DNA from: Gnetum montanum
Lineage: Eukaryota; Plantae; Gnetophyta
Length of the DNA: 64,000 nucleotides
Assembly: GCA_015680685.1 (NCBI GenBank)
Contig: MNCI01001762.1
Span: 89,993 to 153,992, forward strand
Reading direction: 5' to 3'
Shown: one piece after another, positions 38,931 to 51,305 of the stretch
Position numbering within the stretch: position 1 is the first letter of the stretch
Layout: each line of letters begins with the position of its first letter
Notes under the pieces: model-generated
Databases searched by the model: none
The model's input: only the letters and a program-made list of their open reading frames with translations
What the model was told of the DNA's origin: nothing
Position numbers and translations under genes: made by a program

Positions 38931-39889
38931 ATGATCCTTGTACTAGCCCAAAACAAATTTGGAAAACACGTATGAAAAAAGAAATAATATCTACGAAACT
39001 AAAAGACACCCAATGATTAAGAAGTAAGAGTATAAAACTATCCAAAACATGCATGGAAATATCCAACCTACTTATCAACTCCTATCTCAAGAAAATGACC
39101 TAAATAGAGAACTACATAAGAATATCCTAAATCATGACCATATTTGGATTCATGGGAATCCAAAACCTAAAATCAAAAAAGAAAAAAAAACATATTTGGA
39201 TCCTCTATAATGAAAAGACAAGCTAGTCCAACAAGATAAATATGTTCAAATGATTAGAACTTGAATATCATCAATGTTACTTGAAATAATAAATAAAAGC
39301 ATAAATTACTAAGGATGATAAACAAGAGATTTATAGTGTATGATCTTGGGGATATGTGATTTATTTTCCAAACCCTCGTCCATGAGTGTAGTCATGAGGG
39401 AGGCCCCCTATCTTGAATCAAAAATTAATAAGTGCATTTTAATTTTTTTATTTTATAATTCTTTAATTTATAATATTTTTCCTACTTTTTTATATTTTAG
39501 ATATTTTCTTCATTATTTAATATCTTTTTTATTCTTTAATAGTTTTTACAATTTCTTATTATTTCCTTTATTCTTTCATAGTAATCATATTCACCACAAG
39601 TAAAATCACAATCATGATTTCTTTCGTGTCACCTACTTTACCTTCTCCCATATCTTTGTCCATGGTCTCTATCTCTATCATGATCATGATCACCATTCCT
39701 TCTTGATTTCTATTCTAATCTCTCTTATTATTATAACCAAGTTATCTATCTTTGTCTCTTCTCCTTGGCCTATATTCATCCTCATTAGAGCTTGATGATG
39801 AGGATGAAGAACTACGAAAGCCATGCCAGCTTGCTCTTCTACCATGACCTCTTTGTTTGTCTCTTAGTGGCTTGTTGGAAGACCTAGTC

Positions 39890-40055
39890 CTTAAGATCCT
39901 CCTTATGTTAGGATGGTTGTTTATATCTCAACTAGAAATCAAAGGAATAGTTGCATCAAGTAGCTTAACATGAACAACATTCCCAAGTTTAAGAAAGGCT
40001 ATAATGTAGATCTTCAATACCATTTGCAAGTCTTCCATGATGCTTGTGCATTGTC
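39890..40055 (+). pseudogene. gag: Short Athila-like gag fragment
   Basis: MNNIPKFKKGYNVDLQYHLQVFHDACAL. Confidence 0.7.
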
Positions 40056-40591
40056 TTCAAGTCTTCAAGGCTATAATATTTTTTTTCTTTAATATTTTTT
40101 ACAATTTATTATTATTTCCTTTATTCTTTCATATATTTTAAGTTGTTTATATTTTTTTCTATTCTTCTACATATTTGATTCTTTATACAATTTTACCATT
40201 TTTTATGTATATACTTTTGTTAATTTATCTAATAAAGTATCAAGTAATAAGTAAGATGTAGTTGAAATAGTAAGAATTTCATGCTTTATTATGAAATCAC
40301 TGAAGAACTAATTATATATATAGTGAGATCACATCATCCATGCACTCATTTCCAATAGTAAGAGGTTCTTACCATGGATATAAAACTAAGATAAACTTAT
40401 GACCATTATGCCTAGATGAAAAGGTGAAGAATCAAGTGAGAATGAAGAGGGTATAATATCAAAGGGATTTGTGAATTCTCTAAAGCTACTACTATGAGTC
40501 TTATTATGCTATTAAGTTGTAATTTTTAATTGAGTTCTAACACAAAATGAAAGTGTATTATAAAATAAGTACTACATTACCATGTCACTCG

Positions 40592-41510
40592 TGTAATGAT
40601 GAAAACAATTGATACTAGAATATTGAGAGAATCCTTACATACAGTATTAAACCTAGGATCCATTAACCTTGAAAGGATCTAGGGAACCTTAGTAGTCTTG
40701 TTGATTACCTAAGAACTTAAAAGATCTATTACTAAGACAAATAAAATGAAAATGAATTGTAATGTATGAAAAGAAAGATTCAACATTGGACTGAGAATGG
40801 AGAGAGAGGATAATGATGTGGCTAAAACAAAAACCTACAAATTTTATATTAAATGATATAAAAAATGATAAAGAAAAGGTTTAGTAAGATACAGATCAAG
40901 GCTTTCAAAAGCCTAAGAATACAAAAAATATCCTTAAAATCTAGTGCAGGGGGTAGGGTGTGTTCTTTCATTGAATCTACACTTATCTTTCTTGATCGAT
41001 CTACATCACAATAAATGCTACTATAAGGTCTATTTATCCTTAGAAATCTAGGCCAAAAAGGTTGCAAACGATTGTGAAAAGTCTACCAAGATCTCTCTTC
41101 TTTATGTTAAAAATAATATATTAAAAATTTTTGTCAAAAGATTGCTTTACCAAGAGATTACCTAAAAGGCTCACCAAAAGGTCCTAAAAATGGTGTTAAA
41201 TTTGGCTTAAATAGGCTTTGAATTTACTGCTTTTGTGTTAGTTGCATTTCCATGTGCTTTCTGGACTGTTACATGGTGTTTTTGGATCATTTTCAATGCC
41301 TAAAACTATAGCATATGATTTACTAGCATTTTTTACCTTTCCCATCACTTTGGTAGTGTTTTGTACTATTTTCATGGCCCAAAACTGTAGCATATGGATC
41401 ATTAGTGTTTTTGAATTTTTGTGCTACAATTAGCAACATATTTTTTATGTTTCCTTTAATACCTTGGCATAATGAAATTCACAACTTGTAATCATAAATT
41501 TCATTTTACA
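40592..41510 (-). repeat. LTR-like segment (solo or orphan LTR)
   Basis: TGTAATGATGAAAA..TTTCATTTTACA imperfect inverted termini and a minus-strand TATAAAA near 40845. No convincing TSD, PBS or PPT. Confidence 0.5.
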
Positions 41511-42050
41511 TATTAAAAAATAGTCTAGAATTTGGCAAAAATAAGGTCATAGGGTAACATTTTTTAAGGGAAATCAAGGCATTTGTATTTATTCTTGAAT
41601 TGGATCAAATTACATGATAAAAATTTGGTTACTATGCTTTCTTGTTTGAAACATAAATTTTCCTTAAGGTATTTCATTGGCTGCTCTTTGTTGATGTTTT
41701 GAGTATCGACCTGAAAGACATCAACAAAGAATGTGAAACACTGCTATAAATTCATCACTAATGCTTTCCCTTGACACTTTATTCTGTAGCTGTCGAATCA
41801 TGCCAAGGCATACTTACGATGGTGAAATAAGGCTAAAATATGATGTTGAGAATTTTAGATAAGATAATATCCACATTGGCTATTGGAAAGGTCAAATGGA
41901 CTAATGAAGAATGCCAAATGTTTTAACATCATGGTTATGGCATAGTGACATGTTTACTAGCTAAGGAGGTCTTCATGCTTCACGCTTGAACTGTTGGTCA
42001 CTCAATGATGTTTGGAGGAATCACCGCTTTGTTCTTGGGCTTCTTTAACC

Positions 42051-42053
<3 letters not shown>

Positions 42054-42082
<29 letters not shown>
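42054..42082. repeat. (CT)n microsatellite, about 14 units
   Basis: Direct reading. Confidence 0.95.
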
Positions 42083-42084
<2 letters not shown>

Positions 42085-42829
42085 AACAGCTATTGATTTG
42101 CTCAACTTTAGACTACATTGGCCTATTGGCTTTCTTGGTATTTGCTCCCTCTTTTACTATGTAGGAAAAACCATCATTGGATTTTATTGCCAGGGCTGAA
42201 TTTTTATTTTGTTTTCTTGCTGAATGAGGAGTTTTGTAATTCAGCAAACTTGATCATTGAAGCATGTAGAAGAAGATGTTACATAACCATGATGCATGGA
42301 TGTCAAACATAGGTTTTCATTGTTAGCAAGGTAAGGAGGACTAAAATTTGTTTATAGGATCATGGCTTAGAAGGGATAACAAGAGTGATCTAAGGTAAAC
42401 ACTATTGGAAAGTTCAAATAAGCTAGTTGAATCTAATGTATTGAGGTTGCATGGTAACTCAGTACTATGATGAGTCACAGCTTTATGATGACTTCAGGCT
42501 TATCCTACAAAAATAACTTCAAGAGAACAAGAAAACAAGTTAAAGAATACATGCAATTACAAGAGGTTAGATGAGGTAACAAGGAAATATAGGCCACCAT
42601 TGATTATAACTGGTAAAATATAAGAACTTTGTATCTTGCATTGTAGATTCATACAAATTTTGCAATGTTTTGAGATGCCAAAGAAGATAAAAGATTATGT
42701 AGGTTCTCTTGTTATAGGTTACTCAAATTGTCAATGTTAATCATTTTCTAAACCTAAGAACAAAGGTAAACAAAGGCTACAAGCCAATGGATCAACGTTA
42801 GATATAATGAGTTTTGATATAAGAATGGT

Positions 42830-45040
42830 TGACTAGGTTGGTTAATTCATTCCCATCTATGTCCATGAACTTGAATGCTATGTTGCCATAGGCTTTGGTA
42901 ACCAAGAAAGGTCCTTTCCAATTGGCTAAGAATTTATCTACATGTTCATGTATGGCCTTGAGAATATGGTCTTCTTCCTTGAATTTTTGCCAATTAGGTT
43001 CATGGCGGTAACATTATTTTTCTTCTCTTGATATTGTTCAATGTTAACAAGTGTTTATATTCATTATTTCTTCATCAAATCAAGGTCAATGATATGCAAC
43101 TCTTTATTCTACTCATTAGCGAGGAAATTAGATAGAGCTACCCTTAAGAATGGAACCTACAATTCAAGAGGAAAAATACCTTCAAGTTTGTAAACTATGC
43201 TATAGGATGTGGCACCAGTTATAGTTTAGTATATTGTCCTATAGGTCCAAAGTGCATATCAGAGTTGTTTGTCCCATCTACATTTATCATTATTTAAAAT
43301 TTTCTTCAAAAGGTTAATGATGATCTTGTTACTGGCTTCAGCTTTGTCATTAGCTCGTGGATAGTAGGGTGATAAAAAAGAATGCTTAATATTTGATCAT
43401 TGAAAAAAGGCTTTCATTTCTTAGTTGCTAAACTATGGTCTATTATTTGTGATGATGGTTAGAGATAAGCCAAAATGAAATACTATGTTGTCTAAGATGA
43501 ATTTATAGATTTTTTGTGATGTTTTTTTCCTCAGAGAAATAGCTTCAATCTACTTTGTGAAATATTCGATTGCAGTAATGATGAAGCTATGTCTTGCAGA
43601 GGAATTAAGAGTTATATGTTCAATTATGTCAATTCCTCATCATTGGAACAACCATGTGATTTGAGTAATGTGTAACTCAATTGATGGAACATGTATAAGG
43701 TTGTTGTACCATTGATAGATGTTACAAGTCTTTATCTTCTGTAGGCAATCGCCTTTCATATAGGACCAATAGTATCCTAGATGTCTAATCTTAGAAGACA
43801 TGGCTCTTGGTCCTACATGTCCTCCACATATGCCATTATGAACCTGTTCTAGGACTATATGGACGTATGCTCTACTCAAGCATACTAACAATACACCATT
43901 GTAGGATTTTTGACATAATGTGTTATCAACCATAATGACATATAATTTTGATCATTTATGTACAACATCCTTTTGACAAGTAGTTAGGTTTTGTGGAGGT
44001 TCATCATGTAAGAGGTGAAACTTGTTGTCATCATACCACTCTTGTTGGGATATGTTATCTATGGTTGCTATGGAATTGCTTTGAGTATTTTGTGATATGG
44101 GAAGAGAAAATGTTTTTTTCATGAAAGTTAACTTACTAAACACATCAAGCATTACACTTAAGGTGAACATGGCAATGACATTAACTAATGTATTTTTGGC
44201 TTGGAAAATGTGTTGGATATCAATGTATGTAAACTAATAAATCAAGGTCTTAACTAAGTCATAGTAAGGTTGTAGGAATTTTTCTTTATGTGCATAGACT
44301 TCAATCTATTACAATTAAGCAAATAAACCCATGGTCACAAGCTATCATCAATCCTTTGATTAATCCATCATATTTTACCACATTGTTAGTGCATAGAAAT
44401 TGAAAATGATAGCTAAAATTTTGGATTTCACCAGAGGAAAGTATTATGATGATAGATGAATTGGCTTCATGTGCAGTTGAAGCTTCATCACAGTGCATGA
44501 TGACCTTATAAACTTTGGATATATCATTAATAATGTTTACATGTTCATCAGGGAACTTAGGATCTACAACTGCATTATCTTGTATTGGACAAGTTGTTAA
44601 CTGCATGACTATGGCTTGGCCTTTAATTAAGGCTTGGAAAACATAATGTAGGTCAAACTTGACTATTATGGATTTCCATCAAGCTATTTGGCTACTCTCA
44701 TATATGTTGGTCATGATGGCTCAAAATACATTGTTGTTATATATGATGTTGACTTGACTACTAAAAAGGTATTGCCTCCATTTTTTCAAAGAGAAGACTA
44801 AGGCTAGACTATACTTTTAAGCTCAATGTATAAGGTCTCATAAGCTATCAATGCATAAATCAAGTATTAAATGAGTAACTTTTCTCAATCAACTCATTTT
44901 TTATAGAGCAAAGAGACTATGGATGTGTTGGAGACTACAAGGTAGATGTAGAATGGATTGTCCTTCTAAGGTGGATACATAGTTGGTAACTTAGCTAACT
45001 CTTACTTAATATTATCAAATGTACATTTCAACATGTCATG
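42830..45040 (-). pseudogene. pol: Tat/Ogre-type pol fragment: RNase H, additional (archaeal-type) RNase H, integrase
   Basis: LAKLPTMYPP..FYIYLVVS; LIKGQAIV; aRH VIMHCDEAS..FLCTNNVVKYDGLIKGL; integrase QVHNGICGGH..LGYYW, EYFTK*IEAISL, YYPRANDKAEASNKII, KFLANWKGPFLV. Confidence 0.88.
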
Positions 45041-45129
45041 GATATTACTTTTAATGATCAAATTGAGAAATCAATAACTCTAAACATGAAAAAGATCACA
45101 TCTTACATTTATAGTAGATATTTCACATG

Positions 45130-47170
45130 TATTAAGAATATGATATTTTATGAACCCTAAGAAATGCATTTTTAGGATAAAATTAGGGAGGTTATTAGGG
45201 CACATAATTTTTCAAAAAGGAATAGCCACATATTAATCAAGAATACAAGAAGTCTAGAATATTGAGCACCCTAAACATACAAAGTCCTTGTGCTCATTCT
45301 TTGGAAAAATTAACTTTATAAAGAGATTCATACCTAGATTTGTTGAGATAACAAAGCCTTTATTTACTAATGTTAAAGAAGGATGTGAAAGTTTGAAAAA
45401 AGGTTGAAGAATCTATGAAAGATCTAAAACTAATAAAAATGTCATTATGGAAGCTCCATATCTGGTAAAACTAGGTTGAAAGAAGACTTTTATATGCATA
45501 TGCATCTATAGAATTAATGGTAGTAATATTAACACAAAAGAATAATAAAGAATAAGATACAACTGAATTCTTTGGATATTAATTCAAGGAACCTTTAAAG
45601 AATTACTTAGAATTAAGGAAACAGACATTTTCTATGATTAAATCTCTAATTCAATTCAAGTATTATTTAGAAAATACAGCTATTATGACTATAGAACTAA
45701 TTGTAAGACAATTTTTATCCCAAACTGAAATTGAAATCAAAAGATCTAGTTGGATTACTAACCTAAAAAAATTTAAATTTACACTAGAAATCTACAAAAA
45801 ACTAAAAAAAAAACATAGGTTTGACTAGGATAATGGCAAAAGATTTGAAATATGAATTAATAGCTCCTTTTGAAATCAAATATTAGTATGACAATATTAT
45901 TAGATTTTTTACCAAAAAAAAGAAGTTCCTAAGCATCTCAAAAAAGCTTAGAAAAGAAATTTTATTCATAAGATAAGCAAATACATCCTAATTGGAGGAA
46001 TATTATACAAAAAATATTTTATTGAAATACTATTAAAATGTATGTCAAATTGAAAAATTGAAAAGATTTTAAATAAGTTGCATGATCACAAAGATTTATA
46101 TTATGAATCTCCAAGAGAAACAATGTAACATATCTTAAGATAAGATTTTTAATTTCCCATAATGTATCAAGACTTGAACAACAAAATTTAGACTTTTATG
46201 ACTACTAGGTTCATCAATCAAAGCTTAAAATAACAAATGCTCTATTAAAGGTAGTGGTAGTACATAGACCTTTTCAACGTTGGGACTATACTTTATAGAA
46301 ACCATTACTCAAGCTAATGTAGAACAATGGTTTATTTTTATAGCGACTAGTTATTTCACCAAATGGCTAGAACATAAAGCTCTTAGGGAAAGCACATCAT
46401 ATGATGTAATTAAATTCCTAGAATACTACATCATAAATCATTTTGGAATATCAAAGTCATTAGTTACCAATAATAGTCCTACATTTTAGTCAATTAAATA
46501 TATATAATGGCCTTCAAAAAATATTGTGCTATTTTCATCTTCAAATTATTACCCTCAGGATAATGTTTTGGTTAAATTAACTAACAAAAATTTGATATAA
46601 CATTCCATCTTTTCTAATAGTCTCAAGATTTGTTTTAAAGAGGATTGCGATGGTTAGCTATCCCTCATCTACAAATAAAAGTTCAAGGAATTGGCATGAA
46701 CATTTATAAGGAATTTTATGGATAGATGGAATCAAGATTAAAAAATCAATATCCACTTCACCATTTAACCTTGTTTATGGATTTAATATCGATATAACTA
46801 GTAAGATCATGTTCTTAATAGTAGAGTTCATACACAATTACAATGCAAGAATAGATAAAAAGTGGAGATTAATAATTATGTTAGTAGAAATAAAAGAAAA
46901 AAATAAATGAAGTTCTAAATAAGCTCCTACAAAATGTAGCTATAACAAAGATATGATTTGATCATCAAGTGAGAAAAAGTCATTCAGAGAAGGAGATTTA
47001 GTTTTACTATGGAAAATTAATAAAAAATGTTACCATCACAAATTCTTGGCTAGGTGGAGTAGACTATTGGTAGTTAAATAACAATTGGCTAATACCTTCA
47101 AATTAGCTACGTTAGATGGAGAAGTATTAAGCTATCATTACAACATCATTCATCTAAAACATTACTTTAG
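45130..47170 (+). pseudogene. pol: Non-chromovirus Gypsy pol fragment (RT end, RNase H, integrase)
   Basis: NPKKCIFRIKLGRLLGHII; FFGKINFIKRFIP; FIATSYFTKWLE; SSNYYPQDNVL; TSPFNLVYG; FREGDLVLLW. No aRH between RNase H and integrase. Confidence 0.82.
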
Positions 47171-47315
47171 GCAACCACCAACTTGGAAATAACTTAATGA
47201 AGATGAACAAGAAATGTAAATATGTATATAGTGTATCATAACTATTTTTTAAGAAGCTAGGTGATGAACTAAAATTAGACTATAAATATAATTTATCAAT
47301 AAAACAACAAGAGTC

Positions 47316-47870
47316 ATGGTAAAAAAGGTAAGATCTATGATAAGAAGAAGGTTGTTTGGTGGCTTAGGAAAGACTAACATAAAAGCTAGATGTTTTATCC
47401 CTTACATTTCTAGATGTTGTCCTGAACATGTCCAAAGGATATATTATAGAACTATCACATATGAAGAATCTTACAATTCTCCCTTCATGACTTGGCTTGT
47501 TGACAATTCACAATGCTTACCAATGGATTATCAATTCATATTTAAGAGTGGATTCAAGTTTCTAAATGTTCAAAGCTATTATTGGAAGGAAAGCCTAAAG
47601 AAGAAGAAAGTTCAAATCACAGTTTTAATTATGAAAATGCTTTAGTTTCTCAACTTAAAAATTATGAAGAAAGACCTAATAGTTTTGAGAGTTAGCAAGA
47701 AAATGAGGAAGATTCCAAAGAAGATGTTATCTAAAATTTCTAGTTCATGAATCATAAATGAGAAATAAAGAGCCATGAACTAGAGTACCAACTCAAGTAG
47801 TCAAAGAAATTGAATATGATGGAGCTATAGAACATAAAGTTCTAAGGAAAATTTTGATTGCTATTCATTA
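47316..47870 (+). pseudogene. Possible sense 3' extra ORF after integrase, unknown function
   Basis: 109-aa ORF (MVKKVRS..) continuing after a frameshift into a charged tail; lies between the integrase end and the PPT. Confidence 0.4.
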
Positions 47871-48158
47871 TTAGCTAGTAACACTAGTTTAACTTTATTT
47901 TTATTTAACAATTTAGTTTTTATTAGAATGAGGTTTTTTCATCTATACATAGCCTTAAGCTAGTAGAGGTTTTTTCCAAAAAAATTAAAATATTTCAATT
48001 ATTACTAAGAATTATAAGTTAGAAAGATTTGTCTTTCTATGATAAAAGAATTTTTGTTACAATTCCACCATTGCATGGAATAGTTATGTCTAATGAAAGG
48101 TTTAAAAGCAAATTGTTTGAGCACAAAATGAGTTTGTTACAAAAGGGAAGCACATAAC

Positions 48159-49750
48159 TATTAGAGTTTAAAAGAATAATTTGGTACCAATTTTGAGCTA
48201 AATCTTTACCATGCACTGGAAGAACATTATTAAAATTGAAGAGATCCTAAAAATGTTGAAGATTAAGTTTTTCTAAGTCTAGATACATGATAATTAACAA
48301 ATGCAGATGAGTGGTATTAATAGCCATAAGTAAAAATCCATTTTAAGAATTGCATGATTATTCACAATTACTTTAAGAATGAAGCTCATTTAACTCAAAC
48401 ATAATTCTAGAGATCAAGTCTTATCCATGATTATGATTAAAGATTTATAGTGAATACAAAATATTGATTAACTCTAAAGAATATTTTTAAAATATCAAGG
48501 TCTTTAAATTAAATAAGGACAAGACTGACATAAGGACCTCATCCATTCAAGCCATTTAGAATCAGTTCATAGAATCAAAATCTAGTTCTAACAATTTTGG
48601 TTTTACAAAGAGTCTAGTTACCACATCAACAATGGACTACTTGGAAAAAGCTCATAAAATTAATATTTCATTTTAAATGAGTTATCTAAAATCAGTTCTT
48701 CAAGGATTGGAATTACTCTACATATCAATAGGAAAGTGCTTGTAGAATGAAAATTTCATTATACAAGAGAAGCTCCATGTTAGCTCAATAAGAAAGCAAC
48801 TGTGGAATCAAAAAATACTTTGACAGAAAAATTCAACCTGGTTCCATTAAAGGCTAAAGTAAGGAATTAACTTTTGTACATAATAGTAAGAAAGCTCATA
48901 GAACCAAAAATTTGTTTTATAAACTAGCTTATTTTGGTACTACCACATCACCTAGTATATTTTTAATCCAGCTAAGGAAAGTGGGATCAAGAAAATCTTA
49001 AGCAAAAGAAGAATATTTTAACCTAAATCAATCTTATAACAAGAGTTTAAGTGCCAAAAAGGCAATTCATAAAGCTTGAAGAACCAAAAAATGGTTCTAA
49101 AAAAAAAGCTTCAAATTGGATCTAGAAAGAATAGTCAAACTTCATAGGACCCAAGCCCATGAGGATTCAAAAGCTTATAGAATAGGATTTGATTCTAAAG
49201 AAGAGACCAAACTTTATTCTATAAATAAGCTCAAGAAGATCTACATATAAACACAATCCTAGTAGAACCAAAAAATGGTTCTGGAGTGAGATTCTCATTT
49301 GATGGTGTTCTAGAATTTGTAAGTGCCACAAAGGCAATAAAAATGCATGAGTAAGACAAAAGATCTAGAAAATTGAATGATGTCATGATTTTTGGAAATT
49401 GCCCCAACTTTATCTTTTGTTTCTTTCATGTTCAAAGTCTAGTTTATGTTAGTAGTTTTATGTATTTAAAGAAGGCTAAAACACCAAGAAAATTAGGTAG
49501 AAAACCTTAGAAAATATTATTTTATAATAGAAAATGGGAAAAAATTTTATCCTACATGAAGAGGAGTTACAAGACCTCTCGACTCCTCAAGCTATAAAAG
49601 AAGGCCATAAGCCTCATTGTAAAGAAAGAATGGAGCAATGAAATTTTCAAGATAAATGAAGTGAAGCTTTTCTTTCTTCTCTCTTGTTCCATCTTTTATC
49701 CATTTGAGTGGCTATTAATTTGTTAGTTTAGGTACCCAAATTTTCTCACA
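48159..49750 (+). repeat. 3' LTR (about 1.6 kb) of the plus-strand Gypsy
   Basis: PPT-like AAAAGGGAAG at 48141-48150; imperfect inverted termini sharing AATTTGGTACC / GGTACCCAAATT..CTCACA; TATA CTATAAAAG near 49592; GAACCAAAAAATGGTTCT sub-repeats. Confidence 0.65.
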
Positions 49751-51305
49751 TTCTTATATCCAAATATCTTACAATTAAGCTCTTCCATCATGACTTATGC
49801 AAGCCCCAATTCTCATAAATTATTCTAAAAATTCTCACATTCTCACAAGTTTAATCATAATTTTTTAGAAATTTTTTCTCACAAAATTCTTTGCATTTTT
49901 TCATGGTGTTCTAGCCATTTTGATTTTTTTTCTTGGTAGAAACAGGCCATTTTTCTAGAATCTAGTCAAAAAGAGTTGATAAAATTAAATTTCAGTGAAA
50001 TCCCATAGCATGTTTTTAGTTGTTTACATGTGGATCTAGGGTTATTTTGCTGTTTTTGCCTTGGTAAATAAGATTTTTAAAAGTAGACTTGCTTTTTTAG
50101 ATGCTTTTTCTAAAATATCAGGTTGAGCCCATTTTCTTAGATCTAGGGCTAAGGATTCATTAAAATTAAATTCTAATGGAATCCTACCCCCTTACATTCG
50201 ATGCTTTTTGTGAATTAGATGTTGGTTTGTCTATTTTGGTCATAATCTATGGTTTCATAATGTTAAATTTGTGTTTTTTTGGTGCAAAAAAGAAAGTTAT
50301 GTTGTGTATTTTTTATTATAAAAATGGCTTAAGTTTTACAAAATTTAATGTTTTTGGTTTTTATTATTGTGGCTATGGTCTTGTTCAATTTGGAGCTATA
50401 TTGATCAAGTTGGCTGTGCAACTGGTGTTTATGCCATTTTTCATATTTTCATCAACATTAATGAACTTGTTTTGAAAAAGTAGCTAAGACTTTGAATTTA
50501 TATTAAGTATGGGTGCATGGGGCTCAATTCAAGATTTCAAAAAGTGGTGGAATGACTCCATTTGAAGCCCGAATGAATTTTTGGTAAATTTTTTTCTAAC
50601 CTTGCACAAATGGGGGTTAATGGTGATAGCTACATTTTCGCTATTTTTGGCTATGTTTTGTATAACAATGATTACATGTTTTTTTGTTGCAATGGTCATG
50701 GCTAGAAAGTTCATGATTTTAGGATTCCTTCCATGGTGGAATCACTAAAATCGAGGATAAGATGCATTTTTTATGAATTTTGTAATAAGGCTATGTTAAT
50801 TGCTCTAAATTTGGTTGTAGCACTTTACCCCTTTGAGGATGGATGTGGTTGTCATAGTTGGAATTGTCAACCTCCATGCCCTAGGGATTATAAATTATGT
50901 TGTAATTTTTTTAATGTATTTTTAAGAAAAAGAGTTTTTTACAATTTTTAGTAAGTTTTTTTTATTTATGTCTATTATGGCCACTTTTTCTATGTTTTGA
51001 TGCTTTCTCTAAATGCATGTTTTGATCTAAGGCATAATTTTGGTTGTGATGTTTTGGTTATAATAGTTTTGGCTATGATATCAAGTCTAGGAGAGGTTGT
51101 AATAATATATATTTTGTTTTGAATTTTCTTAAACAAATTTGAATCAACACCCTAGAGCTTTTTATAGAAGCTAATTTCACCCCCAACTAGGATGTGTAAA
51201 ATTTGATAAGAAGTTACAAGTGTTGGAATGTTATGTTAATGTAGTTTGTTTGTTTTTTTTAATATATTTTCCCCTTGTAGGGTCTTGCTGAAGCCGGTGC
51301 TCATT

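Noticed and set aside
40592-45040. LTR 40592-41510 as the 3' LTR of the minus-strand Tat pol
   Set aside because: There is no PPT next to 41510 and unrelated-looking sequence intervenes, so the link is unsupported.
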